DNA of 64,000 nucleotides from an uncultured Muribaculaceae bacterium (GCA_964619545.1 CAZUED010000003.1:163-64162), one strand, 5' to 3'; numbered from the stretch's first letter, positions 29,401 to 39,048 are shown. The notes: generated by a model not told the origin, from the sequence alone. Numbers and translations are program-made.

Positions 29401-30551
29401 CAATGGTTGAAAAGGGAACAAAGATTGCAGAATGGGATGCGTACGCTAATCTGATTATTGCTGAAAAAGATGGAAAAGTTCAGTTGTCAGATATGATTGA
29501 GAATATTTCATTCTCGGAAAGTATTGATCCTATGACTGGAATAACCAGTCGCAAAATCTTGAACTGGAAAAACCAGACCAAGAAAGCATTGCAGCCGAAA
29601 GTATCGCTTTTGGGTGCAAATGGCGCAGTGGTTTCTTTGGGTGGTAAGAAATTGGCAGAATATATGTTGCCGATATACTCGGTTCTGAACGTTGCCGAAG
29701 GTGCATCCGTTCGTGCTGGCGATGTCTTGGCGCGTATTCCAATTGAAAGCAAAAAAGTTCATGACATTACCGGCGGATTGCCACGAATCAATGAACTGCT
29801 GGAAGTTCGTCATCCAAAGAATCCAGCGATACTGGCCGAAATTGATGGCGAGATTGAAATCGAAGACAGCGGAAAGAATAAAGTTGTTGTCCGTATTGTT
29901 CCTACCGAGGGAACGCCAGTGGAATATATGATTCCAAAGGGCGAACCACTATTAGTTCGCAGCGGTGACATTGTGAAAAAAGCCGATATGTTGGTCAGTG
30001 GTGATCCAGTCGCACAAGACATCTTGCGCATATTGGGTCAAAAAGCATTGGCGACATTTATGGTGAATCAAATCCAACAAGTTTATCGCTTGCAGGGCGT
30101 GGTTATCAACAATAAGCACATCGAAATCTTGATACGTGAAATGACCAGACGTGTAGAGGTCTCGGAACCGGGCGACACCCAGTTCTTGATGGGACAGGTT
30201 GTTGATCGTGTTGATTTCGAAGAAGAAAACGAACGCGTAGCACGTGAAAATGGGCGCCAAGCCGAAGCCAGCCAAATTTTGGTTGGATTGACCCGTGCCA
30301 GCTTGACCAGCCGTTCATTTATATCTAACGCGGCTTTCCAACAGACAACAAAGATCTTGGTGGATGCAGCGATAAATGGTGCAACCGATAAATTGGCAGG
30401 TATAAACGAAAACCTTATTGTTGGTCGCTTGATACCAGTTGGTACGGGCTCTTATGTTCGTCGAGTTCGCGAAATTGCCAAAGAGGAAGAGCGTCAGGAA
30501 AAACTGGCCAGCGAAAACTCTGGTGGTGAACAGCAAATGTTGGGAATATAA
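26427..30551 (+). CDS. rpoC: RNA polymerase beta' subunit
   Basis: NADFDGD motif and Zn-binding Cys residues. Confidence 0.97.
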   Translation: MTNMLQKIFGQIETKEQFDALQIKIASPEEILSWSHGEVKKPETINYHSLKPESDGLFCQQIFGPSKDYECACGKYKRVKFRGVVCERCGVEVGSSSVRRERMGHIKLATPVSHFWFMREGKIATLLNNMPQKKLEQVIYYDAYIVTEPGLTKLKLYDVISEDEYQEALTEFGDGAFHVGIGADGVRSVIANLDMGDERTRLRQELSETKSEAKRKGIIKHLKLVEAFMDSKTEPAWMLPDVLPVIPPDMRPLVTLEAGHVASSDLNDLYRRVIIRNNRLKKLIDLRAPEIIVRNEKRMLQEAVDALFDNGHKSRPLVSQNRQKLKSLSDSLLGKQGRFRMNMLGKRVDYSGRSVIVSGPSLKLHQVGLPKSMALELFKPFVYARLLAGDYANTLKTARKMVEAGEDIVWEMLEKVIYQHPVLLNRAPSLHRLSMLAFEPILIEGKAIRLHPLVTKGFNADFDGDQMSVYVPISLEAQLEARTLMLSSNNVLLPANGEPVIVPSQDMVLGVYYLSLVNGEHNEKSPRFASMDEIYMALNAKTITLHTPIIARYHAAEGTQTVKTTAGRMILGELLPKKPGMPFDLVNQEMPVGKIKSLLATTYERCGDKDMIALADNLKNTGFEQAARSGISIGFDDIKIPEEKQEIIANATTQTEEIETQYQNGLISRKEKYNKIVDMWHGVTNRLADLAFSNLRKSEGDNWNSISMMQASGARGSKTQIQQLAGMRGMMMKPDGSIIEVPIISNFKEGLSMAEYFTSTHGARKGMSDTALKTANAGYLTRRMVILAQNTFITEHDCGTDESITAKPVFDGSMLSISLGDVVLGRTAAQDVVNPGTGELIVKRGDLITKADSKKINDSGLGSIEIRSGLTCKSNGLCAKCYGMDLSRGTLVHVGEAVGVIAGQSIGEPGTQLTLRTFHVGGIASSGSGSNFIEAPMNGRLELIDADLVTNSAGKNIVVSRNSKIAVTDNKGNHLFTAKLPYASWLIVKDGAMVEKGTKIAEWDAYANLIIAEKDGKVQLSDMIENISFSESIDPMTGITSRKILNWKNQTKKALQPKVSLLGANGAVVSLGGKKLAEYMLPIYSVLNVAEGASVRAGDVLARIPIESKKVHDITGGLPRINELLEVRHPKNPAILAEIDGEIEIEDSGKNKVVVRIVPTEGTPVEYMIPKGEPLLVRSGDIVKKADMLVSGDPVAQDILRILGQKALATFMVNQIQQVYRLQGVVINNKHIEILIREMTRRVEVSEPGDTQFLMGQVVDRVDFEEENERVARENGRQAEASQILVGLTRASLTSRSFISNAAFQQTTKILVDAAINGATDKLAGINENLIVGRLIPVGTGSYVRRVREIAKEEERQEKLASENSGGEQQMLGI

Positions 30552-30572
30552 AACCCCAAGGGTAAATAAAAA

Positions 30573-30600
30573 GGGCGCGAAATGCGCCTTTTTATTTTTT
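30573..30600 (+). terminator. Rho-independent terminator after rpoC
   Basis: gggcgcgaaatgcgcc followed by a T-run. Confidence 0.7.
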
Positions 30601-30785
30601 TAATTATTATTTAATTAGTATGTAAAAATTATACATCCGAATCAAACCGCGCCTGTGCGCGGTTTTTGTATAGGCCTTTGTATGTAAAAAAATTGAACAA
30701 AAAATAAAAAAATTACAAAAAAAGGTCGTGCCGATTCGAAAAATAGGCAGATTTCTGGTAAAAATAAAGTTTCTTAAAAATCCTC

Positions 30786-30815
30786 TTGACGGGCGATTCG
30801 TTTTTGTTCTATGAT
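30786..30815 (+). promoter_or_regulatory. Sigma70-like promoter
   Basis: TTGACG, 18-nt spacer, TATGAT. Confidence 0.4.
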
Positions 30816-30881
30816 TCGTGTGTAGACAAGAGTATAGGCGATAAAAACCGCAGAAAATAGGGAAAAACAAAGGAGGGCGAT

Positions 30882-31211
30882 GTGCCGAAAAACATTAAAG
30901 AAATAATGATTGCGCTGGACAGCGTTCTCACCACAAGTGTTTGGGTAAATGGCGATCGCCAAATAGTTTCATTGGCTGACGAATTGCACATTGGGGTAGG
31001 AACAGCGCCACGTAGTATCGAGGATTTGCCTCGTGCGTCATTGGTGGGTGCATATGTATCTTTGCAAATTCGCACAGATAATTTTGACATTGCAGCAGAA
31101 AGTCTGGAAACAGAGGTTTTGGCATGCAAGGTCAAAGAAATGGTATTTGCGGAAGCAAAAAAGATAATGGACGCATCCGAGACAGAAGAAAAAATTGCCA
31201 AGGCTGCATAA
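30882..31211 (+). CDS. Hypothetical protein (GTG start)
   Basis: ORF with AGGAGGG immediately upstream. Confidence 0.4.
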   Translation: MPKNIKEIMIALDSVLTTSVWVNGDRQIVSLADELHIGVGTAPRSIEDLPRASLVGAYVSLQIRTDNFDIAAESLETEVLACKVKEMVFAEAKKIMDASETEEKIAKAA

Positions 31212-31344
31212 GTAAAAAGCGCCAAAGCGAATAAAGTTTCCGGTATCCGGAAGGAAGGGAGAGGCCGCGGGCAATTTGCCCGCGGTTTTTTGTTTAATTA
31301 CTGATTAATAAAAATAAATAGGCGGTAAGAATTTTTTAGAATTT

Positions 31345-31920
31345 TTAATGTTCAAAGCCAAGTGCGTGTGCCAGCTCTTTTGCAAATAAAGTTCGATAAT
31401 TTACATAAAATGCAAGATTGTCTGCACTATCTTCGCGCGTGTAATCTGGTGAATACCAGTGACCCACTATTTTTACAATGCCATACCATTTACCGCGAAC
31501 TTTCATAAAGCCGTATGCATGACGGCTGTTTTTACTATCTTTCTCTTGAAAATAAAATTTTGATATATCTACGTCTCGCATACATTTCATTTTATTCCAA
31601 AGCGTTCGAACAGCAGAAAAATTTTTATCGTGATTAGTAACAGCAATAGATTCAATTTCCTTTGGATTCACACCAATCATGTTTGCCATTATTTTCTGAA
31701 AGTTTTTCCAACAAGCAGCATCATAGCAAATAGTTGTTTGTTTGCGCGCTTTGCCATGATACTTATATTCCCAAGCCCAACCATTCGCAATGGCTTTTTC
31801 AACAAGTTCGGTCATTTCATGTTGAGATATATTGGTAACGGCCATGGGATTTTGTATATTATATTCGCATTGATGTTTTTTTTGATTTTTTAACACAGGA
31901 ATAGTTATAGACTCACTCAT
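31345..31920 (-). CDS. Hypothetical protein (191 aa, ends ...ELAHALGFEH)
   Basis: ORF; no family recognised. Confidence 0.5.
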   Translation of the reverse strand: MSESITIPVLKNQKKHQCEYNIQNPMAVTNISQHEMTELVEKAIANGWAWEYKYHGKARKQTTICYDAACWKNFQKIMANMIGVNPKEIESIAVTNHDKNFSAVRTLWNKMKCMRDVDISKFYFQEKDSKNSRHAYGFMKVRGKWYGIVKIVGHWYSPDYTREDSADNLAFYVNYRTLFAKELAHALGFEH

Positions 31921-32053
31921 AATACTCAGTCCTTATTTATTTTGGTCAAGATTATAGTCGTATATTATATTTCGTCAAGAGTTTTATAAATTGTTGCAAT
32001 ATGTAAATGTTAAAAAAATCGCCGCGTTTGCGGCGATTTTTTTCTTTTACAAT

Positions 32054-32308
32054 TTATTCAGCAACAACTGAAACTGTTTTACGATCGCGAACGCCACGTT
32101 TGAATTCTACGTGTCCGTTAACTTTCGCAAACAATGTGTGATCTTTGCCCATGCCGACATTTAATCCCGGATGAACAGTTGTTCCACGTTGTCTGACAAT
32201 AATGTTGCCAGCAATTACTTTCTGACCGCCGCCTTTTTTGACGCCCAACCGACGTCCGGCCGAGTCGCGTCCATTCGTAGATGCTGAACCTGCTTTCTTA
32301 TGTGCCAT
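32054..32308 (-). CDS. rpmA: 50S ribosomal protein L27
   Basis: [16 protein letters not shown]... Confidence 0.95.
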   Translation of the reverse strand: MAHKKAGSASTNGRDSAGRRLGVKKGGGQKVIAGNIIVRQRGTTVHPGLNVGMGKDHTLFAKVNGHVEFKRGVRDRKTVSVVAE

Positions 32309-32342
32309 AATTTGCTCCTTTCAGTCGCAAATAGTCTATAGA

Positions 32343-32645
32343 CTATCCCTTGATTTCTGTTATCTTCAAGACCGTGATGTTTTGGCGGTGGCCTTTGGTT
32401 CTGCGATAGTTGTGACGACGTTTTTTCTTGAAAACCAAGATTTTGTCCGCACGTTCTTGCGCAATAACCTGGGCGGATACTTTCGCGCCTGAAACCAACG
32501 GATTTCCAATTTTATCGCCGACCATCAAAACCTGGTCAAAGTCAATTTTTTCATCAGCTTTCAGCTTTTCTACCTTTATGGTATCACCGGTTTTAACACG
32601 GTATTGCTTTCCACCGGTCTGAAATATTGCATAAATTTCTGCCAT
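32343..32645 (-). CDS. rplU: 50S ribosomal protein L21
   Basis: [17 protein letters not shown]... Confidence 0.95.
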   Translation of the reverse strand: MAEIYAIFQTGGKQYRVKTGDTIKVEKLKADEKIDFDQVLMVGDKIGNPLVSGAKVSAQVIAQERADKILVFKKKRRHNYRRTKGHRQNITVLKITEIKG

Positions 32646-33076
32646 ATTTTTACCCTTTTTTGCTCAGTTTGTAAAAAACTTTATGCAATAATAGCGTTTT
32701 TATAGCAAAAGTCAAGCTAAAATTCGTCGACTATAAAATTGTAAATATATTTTTTATTTATAGGTTTTAAGACAAAAATACCAATAATTTCGGTTATAAC
32801 AGATGGTCAAGGGCCATCGTATGTTTACTTATACATTTTTTGTGCAAAAAACTAACGAATCGCCAAAGGAAAAAATGCCCGAAAACGAGGCTATTCATAA
32901 AATCAAGCACCAAATACACATAATTGTAAAAAAAATTATCGCCCGGTACGCTAAAATACTATATCTTGTGTCTTAGAGGCTGGTTTGGCCACTACCTGTT
33001 GATTTTTTGTGATTCTGGGGAGGGCGCAAAAACAATAGTAAATATGTTTAAAAAGTAATATAAAGGGCCGATAATA

Positions 33077-34948
33077 ATGAACGAATCATTGAAACTTTTA
33101 TCCGATTTGGTTTATTACATGAAATACAGCCGGTATTTGCCAGATTTAAAGCGCCGTGAAACATGGAAAGAAACAGTTTTGCGTAATAAAGAAATGATGA
33201 TGGCTAAATATGCCCATATCCCCAATGTTTTTCCATATATTGATAAAGCTTTTGATCTTGTGTTGGAAAAAAAGATTTTGCCATCTGGCCGTTCTTTGCA
33301 ATTTGGTGGCGAAGGCATTCTGAAAAACAACAATAAAATTTATAATTGTTCTGCCATAGGGATTGATTCCATCAAGGCTTTTACTGATTTGATGTTTTTG
33401 TTGCTTTGTGGGTGTGGTGCTGGAATTTCTGTGCGTCATGTTTTCATAGATAAACTGCCATTATTGATACCAAAGTCTGGTAAAAAAGTAAAATTTAAAC
33501 CGGACGATTCTATCGAAGGTTGGGCGGATTGTTTGAACGAACTTTTGCATGCTTCGTTTGAAACCGGTGCGGATGTAGAGTTTGATTTTTCAGCTGTTCG
33601 GCCAAAGGGTGCATTAATTAGATCTTCGTTGTGCAGCGCACCAGGACCAGAGCCGTTGGCAGAAATGTTGAAAAACATCAAAACATTTATAGATAAAAAA
33701 ATTGCGGCCGAAGATTACAAAATGACATCGCTTGATTGCTTTGACATTTGTTGTTTGGCGGCCGATGCAGTTTTGTCTGGTGGAATTCGCCGTAGCGCAT
33801 TGATTACCCTGTTTGACAAGGATGATGAATTAATGCTGCATGCGAAAGAAGGTAAGTGGTGGGAAACTGCTCCTTGGCGTGGAAATTCTAATAACTCGGT
33901 TCAATTTGATCGTGCGACCACGACCAAGGAAGAGTTTGATAAGATTTTTGAACAATGCAAAAAATCCGAATGTGGCGAACCTGGATTCGTTTGGACCAAT
34001 AATCCAGAGTGGTGTGTGAATCCGTGCTGTGAAATTTCAATGCCCAGCCATGGTTTTTGCAATCTTTCATCTATAAATTTGGGCAGTGTTGAATCCCAGG
34101 AAGATTTTAATGATCGTGCTTATTGGTGTTCGGTCCTTGGGACTTTGCAGGCTGGATTTACAGATCTGAAATACATTGATTCTAAATGGAAAGAAACTGC
34201 CGAAGACATGTCTTTAATTGGCGTTTCCATAACTGGTATTGCATCTCATCCTGACATTACGCAACTCAGCTTTGAAGAAGCAGTATCGCATGTAAAAAAG
34301 GCAAATGAAGAAGTTGCAAAAATTTTGGGCATAAAACCGGCTGACAGATTAACCAATGTAAAGCCTGATGGAACTGGTGCACCAGTATTGGGAACCAGCA
34401 GCGGAATTCACAGCTGGCATGCAAAGCATTACTATCGTCGTATTCGCGTGAACAAGCTGGAGCCGATATATGAATACATGGTCAAAAATTTCCCAGACTT
34501 GGTAGAAGATGACAAGCGTAAATCCACAGACGGGGTTATAACTTTGGTTATTCGTGCACCCGAGGGAGCAGTTACTCGTCGTAATGAAACAGCCATAGAA
34601 TTTTTGGAACGTGTGAAGTATATTTTTGAACATTGGGTAAAGCCTGGACACATCCGCGGCGACAATTACAACAATGTTTCATGCACATGCAATGTAAAGA
34701 ATCACGAATGGGACGAGGTTCGCGAATGGATGTGGGAAAATCGTGAAAACTATACTGGAATTTCTTTATTGCCTTATTCGGATGCCAGTTATGAACAAGC
34801 CCCATTCGAAGATACTAATGAAGATGTATACAGAGAGTTTGCTGCAAAAAATTATAATTTCGAATTTGATAAGATAAAAGAAGAAAAAAATTGGGTGAAC
34901 TTTGGCGCAGCGATGGCATGTTCGGGCGGCGGATGCGAGGTTTTCTGA
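33077..34948 (+). CDS. nrdJ: Ribonucleotide reductase, class II-like (monomeric NrdJ type, presumed adenosylcobalamin-dependent)
   Basis: Thiyl-radical loop NPCCEI (N-x-C-x-E). Single 623-aa chain with no class I R2 partner. Confidence 0.8.
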   Translation: MNESLKLLSDLVYYMKYSRYLPDLKRRETWKETVLRNKEMMMAKYAHIPNVFPYIDKAFDLVLEKKILPSGRSLQFGGEGILKNNNKIYNCSAIGIDSIKAFTDLMFLLLCGCGAGISVRHVFIDKLPLLIPKSGKKVKFKPDDSIEGWADCLNELLHASFETGADVEFDFSAVRPKGALIRSSLCSAPGPEPLAEMLKNIKTFIDKKIAAEDYKMTSLDCFDICCLAADAVLSGGIRRSALITLFDKDDELMLHAKEGKWWETAPWRGNSNNSVQFDRATTTKEEFDKIFEQCKKSECGEPGFVWTNNPEWCVNPCCEISMPSHGFCNLSSINLGSVESQEDFNDRAYWCSVLGTLQAGFTDLKYIDSKWKETAEDMSLIGVSITGIASHPDITQLSFEEAVSHVKKANEEVAKILGIKPADRLTNVKPDGTGAPVLGTSSGIHSWHAKHYYRRIRVNKLEPIYEYMVKNFPDLVEDDKRKSTDGVITLVIRAPEGAVTRRNETAIEFLERVKYIFEHWVKPGHIRGDNYNNVSCTCNVKNHEWDEVREWMWENRENYTGISLLPYSDASYEQAPFEDTNEDVYREFAAKNYNFEFDKIKEEKNWVNFGAAMACSGGGCEVF

Positions 34949-34949
34949 T

Positions 34950-35405
34950 ATGAAGCTGAAAATCGTATTTGAATCTGAAAAAATCCGCGATGCATATCTG
35001 AATGGTCAGAAAAAATTCGCTTGGGCTAATGGGGATTCAGGAATTGATTTGCGCAGCGCAGAAGATGCATTTGATTTGCAGCCAGGGGAAAGAAAGTTGG
35101 TCAGTTCGGGGGTTCGAACTCAACTGATTGCGGAAAATGATTTGTGGGAGATTCAGCTTCGCCCAAGATCAGGAATGAATGCCAATGGTATTTATGTGGC
35201 ATTTGGAACGATAGATTATTCTTATACTGGTGTTATCGGGGCTGTGATGACGAATCAAACTTTACAGCCAGTCAGGGTCGAGTTTGGTGATCGTATCGCG
35301 CAAATCGTGGTATGTCCAATAGCAAAGCCAGAAATAGAATTTGTTGAAAACTTGAATAAAACAGACAGAAGCGGCAATGGATTTGGGTCAACAGGGATAA
35401 AATGA
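34950..35405 (+). CDS. dut: dUTP diphosphatase
   Basis: Start at MKLKIV, immediately after the nrdJ stop. dUTPase motifs (GDSGIDL, RSG, GTIDYSYTG). Confidence 0.88.
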   Translation: MKLKIVFESEKIRDAYLNGQKKFAWANGDSGIDLRSAEDAFDLQPGERKLVSSGVRTQLIAENDLWEIQLRPRSGMNANGIYVAFGTIDYSYTGVIGAVMTNQTLQPVRVEFGDRIAQIVVCPIAKPEIEFVENLNKTDRSGNGFGSTGIK

Positions 35406-35432
35406 ACCATTAAAAAAATTAAAGGGTTTGTC

Positions 35433-35975
35433 ATGGCACAAATTACAACCAAGAAAGGTGATTACGGAATGACTCAGCTGAATCCAGACAGGATTGCCAG
35501 CAAGACTCATCCTGTGATTGAAATTATGGGGTCCGTGGACGAGCTTTCATGCGCCCTGGGATTGTGTGATGACAAGTATGATGGTATACAGACCTTTTTG
35601 TCGGAAATGATGGGATACCTGTATTATAAAACGATTGATGAAAGACGTGTTGCGCAACAGATTTGGCAACTGGAAGATTATATTACGACTCACAATAATT
35701 CTATACCTCCGTTTTTTGTAAATCCACGTGGCTATGTCAGCTTGGCGCGCGCAATATGCCGTCGCGCAGAAAGACGTGTTGTGGAATTTATGGAGGCCGA
35801 GCGTAATGCATCCCTGGAAGAAAGATATGGATTGAATTTGCAGCCTATCCAGCAATACCTGAACAGATTGAGTGATTATCTGTTTGTAAAAAGCTTTGAA
35901 CGTGTCGTTGCTGAACCCAGCCTGTTCCAAGATGAGCTGGCGACAAATCCACAAGTATTTGCAGCTGTTGCATAA
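35433..35975 (+). CDS. ATP:cob(I)alamin adenosyltransferase, PduO type
   Basis: N-terminus TKKGDYGMTQL...IEIMGSVDELS matches the PduO/MMAB consensus. Confidence 0.82.
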   Translation: MAQITTKKGDYGMTQLNPDRIASKTHPVIEIMGSVDELSCALGLCDDKYDGIQTFLSEMMGYLYYKTIDERRVAQQIWQLEDYITTHNNSIPPFFVNPRGYVSLARAICRRAERRVVEFMEAERNASLEERYGLNLQPIQQYLNRLSDYLFVKSFERVVAEPSLFQDELATNPQVFAAVA

Positions 35976-36000
35976 AAAATCCGCCAATTTGGCGGATTTT

Positions 36001-36117
36001 TTATTCTGTTGGATAATTTCGTGGGAACTGGTCACCACCTGGGTGTTTCAGGTTGGATTTTACACCACAACCACCCAGCACAATAACCAGCATTAAAAAT
36101 AAAATTACTTTCTTCAT
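36001..36117 (-). CDS. Putative small lipoprotein (38 aa, MKKVILFLMLVIVLGGCG...)
   Basis: Not in the track (<60 aa). Lipobox LGGC; the stop abuts a bidirectional terminator. Confidence 0.35.
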   Translation of the reverse strand: MKKVILFLMLVIVLGGCGVKSNLKHPGGDQFPRNYPTE

Positions 36118-36164
36118 ATCCCGATTATACATTAGAAAAGTGAAAAATAAACAAAAAATGTCAC

Positions 36165-36193
36165 TTGCACGGCATTCGCAATTAAGTTATTAT
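36165..36193 (+). promoter_or_regulatory. Sigma70-like promoter
   Basis: TTGCAC, 17-nt spacer, TATTAT. Confidence 0.45.
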
Positions 36194-36237
36194 TCGCATG
36201 CTATAACAGATTATCAAATTATAAAAAAGGAAGGAAA

Positions 36238-36744
36238 ATGAGATTTGGAAAAGTTCTTATTGGATTGGGCTTTGCGGTTATTACTCAGGGCGCAATCGCC
36301 GGACAAAATATTGAAATTTATTATTCGCCATCATGCCCCCATTGTCACCATGCAATGGAGTTTATTGATAAAACTTTGAGCGTGCAGTACAAAGATTTGC
36401 AGGTCAACAAGGTAAATGTTGTCGAACAAAAAAATCGTGATGCATTCATGAATGTTTTGAAAAAATGTGAATACAAATCTGGTGGTGTTCCAGTGATGGT
36501 CGTAAATGGTAAATGCTTCCAAGGTTATGCCGAATTCATGAATACAGAAATAATGCAGGCAATGGGCCCGGCCGATGTTGCTAGTGATAAAGCTGTCGCA
36601 ACAGAAAAATCTGAATCTGTTGCCCAGCTTCCGCCCGAACAAATACAGCCGGCAGACAAGGGAACATCAACAATGCTTTATGTTTTGCTGGGTTTGTTGG
36701 TAGCAGCGCTGGGCGTAGTATTGTTCGTTAAGAAGAAAAAATAA
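36238..36744 (+). CDS. Exported glutaredoxin-fold protein (CPHC) with a C-terminal TM anchor
   Basis: Signal peptide, a Grx-like fold (CPHC ... GGVPVMVVNGKCFQGY) and a C-terminal hydrophobic helix ending in KKKK. Confidence 0.65.
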   Translation: MRFGKVLIGLGFAVITQGAIAGQNIEIYYSPSCPHCHHAMEFIDKTLSVQYKDLQVNKVNVVEQKNRDAFMNVLKKCEYKSGGVPVMVVNGKCFQGYAEFMNTEIMQAMGPADVASDKAVATEKSESVAQLPPEQIQPADKGTSTMLYVLLGLLVAALGVVLFVKKKK

Positions 36745-36806
36745 ATAAATAGGGGATAGGATTAGAATGCAGAAATTTTTCTGTTTATTAACTATTACTT
36801 ACAAAA

Positions 36807-37562
36807 ATGTTTGACTTAACTACTCTTGATTATATTTACATAGGATTGTTGTTGGTATCGACAATTTGGGCGTCGATTCGCGGTGGTGTGTATGAAACTG
36901 TGGCGACGATTTCTTGGATTGTTGCGGCATTGGCGGCGCGTTTTATATCACCCTTACTGGATGGATTGCTGCAAGGCTGGTTCAATCTGAATGAATCTAC
37001 GATTGGAACATTGGTTACTTCGTATTTTATCGTCTTTTTTGTAATTTTGGTCATATTTGGGCTGTTTAATCAAAAGCTGCGTGACCGCGTGCAAGATAGT
37101 ATGCTGAATGTAACCGACCATGCATTTGGAATTATTTTCGGCATTATTCGCGGTATAGCGGTAATGGGTTTGGTTTATTGGGTTTTACTTTGGTATTATT
37201 CAGACACAAAATTGCCTTCTTATATTACGACTTCGCGGACGCGACCAGTTATGCAGCTGACTACAAAGAAAATACATGACTGGTTTATCCCGGGTGACAA
37301 TAAATTATTAGAACGTGATATACAGGGCGAGCAAGAGGCACAAAAGATATATGAAAATCTGATAAATCCAGCAGTAAGCCCAAAAACCACATCACAACAA
37401 AATGCACAAACATCCAATGAAAAACCTGTGAAAGCTGAACCAGTTGCCAATACCACGAATGCTTCTGCTGAAATAAATTTGGATAAACCTGCCGAGGTTG
37501 GATATAAGGATTCCGAGCGCCAAGCCCTGGATAACCAGTTAATCCAAATTGAATCAAAGTAA
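36807..37562 (+). CDS. cvpA: CvpA-family membrane protein
   Basis: Four TM helices in a CvpA-like layout, followed by a hydrophilic tail. Confidence 0.75.
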   Translation: MFDLTTLDYIYIGLLLVSTIWASIRGGVYETVATISWIVAALAARFISPLLDGLLQGWFNLNESTIGTLVTSYFIVFFVILVIFGLFNQKLRDRVQDSMLNVTDHAFGIIFGIIRGIAVMGLVYWVLLWYYSDTKLPSYITTSRTRPVMQLTTKKIHDWFIPGDNKLLERDIQGEQEAQKIYENLINPAVSPKTTSQQNAQTSNEKPVKAEPVANTTNASAEINLDKPAEVGYKDSERQALDNQLIQIESK

Positions 37563-37601
37563 TAATAAATAAAAAAAAATCGCGCTGTTTAGCGCGATTT
37601 T

Positions 37602-38162
37602 TTATACACTCATTATATCTTGTTCTTTTTGTTTGGCCAGTTTATCTACTTCGGCCGCGCGCGCATCAAAAACTTTTTGTAAATCTTCTTCGTATCTGTG
37701 CTGATCGTCTTCGGAAATGTCTTTATCGTCTTTGGCGCGTTTTATTTTACCCATAGCATCCTGGCGGATGTTTCGCATAGAAATTTTTGCATCCTCGGCA
37801 TATTTTCCAGCAACTTTCACCAGTTCTTTGCGGCGTTCTTCTGTCAAAGGCGGCAGATTCAGGCGAATTACTCCGCCGGCGGTCATTGGGTTCAGTCCCA
37901 GGCCAGATTCACGAATTGCCTTTTCAACAGCAGCAGCGTTTGATAAATCCCACACGGAAATGGATAAAACCTGGGATTCGGGTGCGGAAACGGTTGCCAG
38001 CTGATCAACAGGCATTTCAGTTCCATATACGGGTACGCGAATACCATCCAGTAAATGTACGGACGCACGGCCTGTGCGCAGTCCTGCGAATTCTGTTTTT
38101 AATACTTCTATAGTTTGCAGCGTTTTTACCTCTGCTTCGGATTTTAAATTATCGTAATCCAT
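37602..38162 (-). CDS. frr: Ribosome recycling factor
   Basis: RRF family sequence. Confidence 0.95.
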   Translation of the reverse strand: MDYDNLKSEAEVKTLQTIEVLKTEFAGLRTGRASVHLLDGIRVPVYGTEMPVDQLATVSAPESQVLSISVWDLSNAAAVEKAIRESGLGLNPMTAGGVIRLNLPPLTEERRKELVKVAGKYAEDAKISMRNIRQDAMGKIKRAKDDKDISEDDQHRYEEDLQKVFDARAAEVDKLAKQKEQDIMSV

Positions 38163-38240
38163 TAAAGCTCCTTTTGGACTATAATCTTAGCAAAATCGTT
38201 TGACTTTTGGCAAGTGTAAATATAGAATGCGCAGATGTTC

Positions 38241-38316
38241 GGGGTTGTAGCTCAGTTGGTAGAGCACTTGCATGGCATGCAAGGGGTCGTCGGTTCGAGT
38301 CCGATCAGCTCCACCA
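38241..38316 (+). tRNA. tRNA-Ala (GGC)
   Basis: Folded by hand. G3:U70 identity pair, anticodon loop ATGGCAT, CCA encoded. Confidence 0.9.
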
Positions 38317-38355
38317 TGTTTTTTGAAAGACAAAAAATAATAAAAAGGTTCAGCT

Positions 38356-39048
38356 ATGAAAATAACGTCTTTATTTGATGTTCTTTCGCAGATTGGTAAA
38401 CCTGATTCAGGAAATCAAGATTATTTTTTTGCAAAACAAAGCTTTAATAGTTTCGACAGTTTTATAGTCGTAGGTGTTGGTCATAAATCAAGAATTTCCA
38501 ACATAGATAATTTCCGTACTTTTGATAATTATGTTTTAGATCATTTATATAAGTTTAACTTGGATTCATACGAATTAGTCGAAGAAATAGAAAAACATAA
38601 AATACATAAAAGAAGCATTTGTAAATCGCCAGAGAAAGAAGATACGTATTTCATGGGTGCGATAGAGGTTAAGGCTTTTAAGCAGCATCTTGAGATGGGA
38701 AATGGATTGTTAAGAAAATTCCCACAGATAGATAAAAAAATCATTCCTAATGGAATTGGTAAAAAATTTCATTTTTTTACGGATTTCCCAACTGATGATT
38801 ATTTAAGCGAAATGCCGTTCTTCCCAGGAATTGGGAAGGGTACTTTTGCATATTTTCAACCAGAAAACAAAGAAGAGTTACTTAATCAAATGCGCAATCT
38901 GGATGAATGGGTAGGGCGAAAGAAATCCATAACAGAAGAAGAGTTTGCATACGTAAAAAATTATAAAGAGTATTTGAATAAACGTGGCAAGAATTTACAA
39001 CAAAATGTAAATATGCCGGGAATGTTGGATGGACGTAGGGAAAAGTAA
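38356..39048 (+). CDS. Hypothetical protein, very AT-rich, lying between two tRNA genes
   Basis: 230-aa ORF rich in K, N, F and D, with no recognisable family. Confidence 0.5.
   Translation: MKITSLFDVLSQIGKPDSGNQDYFFAKQSFNSFDSFIVVGVGHKSRISNIDNFRTFDNYVLDHLYKFNLDSYELVEEIEKHKIHKRSICKSPEKEDTYFMGAIEVKAFKQHLEMGNGLLRKFPQIDKKIIPNGIGKKFHFFTDFPTDDYLSEMPFFPGIGKGTFAYFQPENKEELLNQMRNLDEWVGRKKSITEEEFAYVKNYKEYLNKRGKNLQQNVNMPGMLDGRREK

Noticed and set aside
31345-31920. Zinc-metalloprotease call for the 191-aa ORF based on HALGFEH
   Set aside because: It has only two His residues and no HExxH, so it does not match metzincin or inverzincin signatures.
32646-33076. Possible cobalamin riboswitch upstream of nrdJ
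   Set aside because: ggccactacc loosely resembles a B12 box. I could not recognise the other conserved elements by eye. It needs an Rfam scan.
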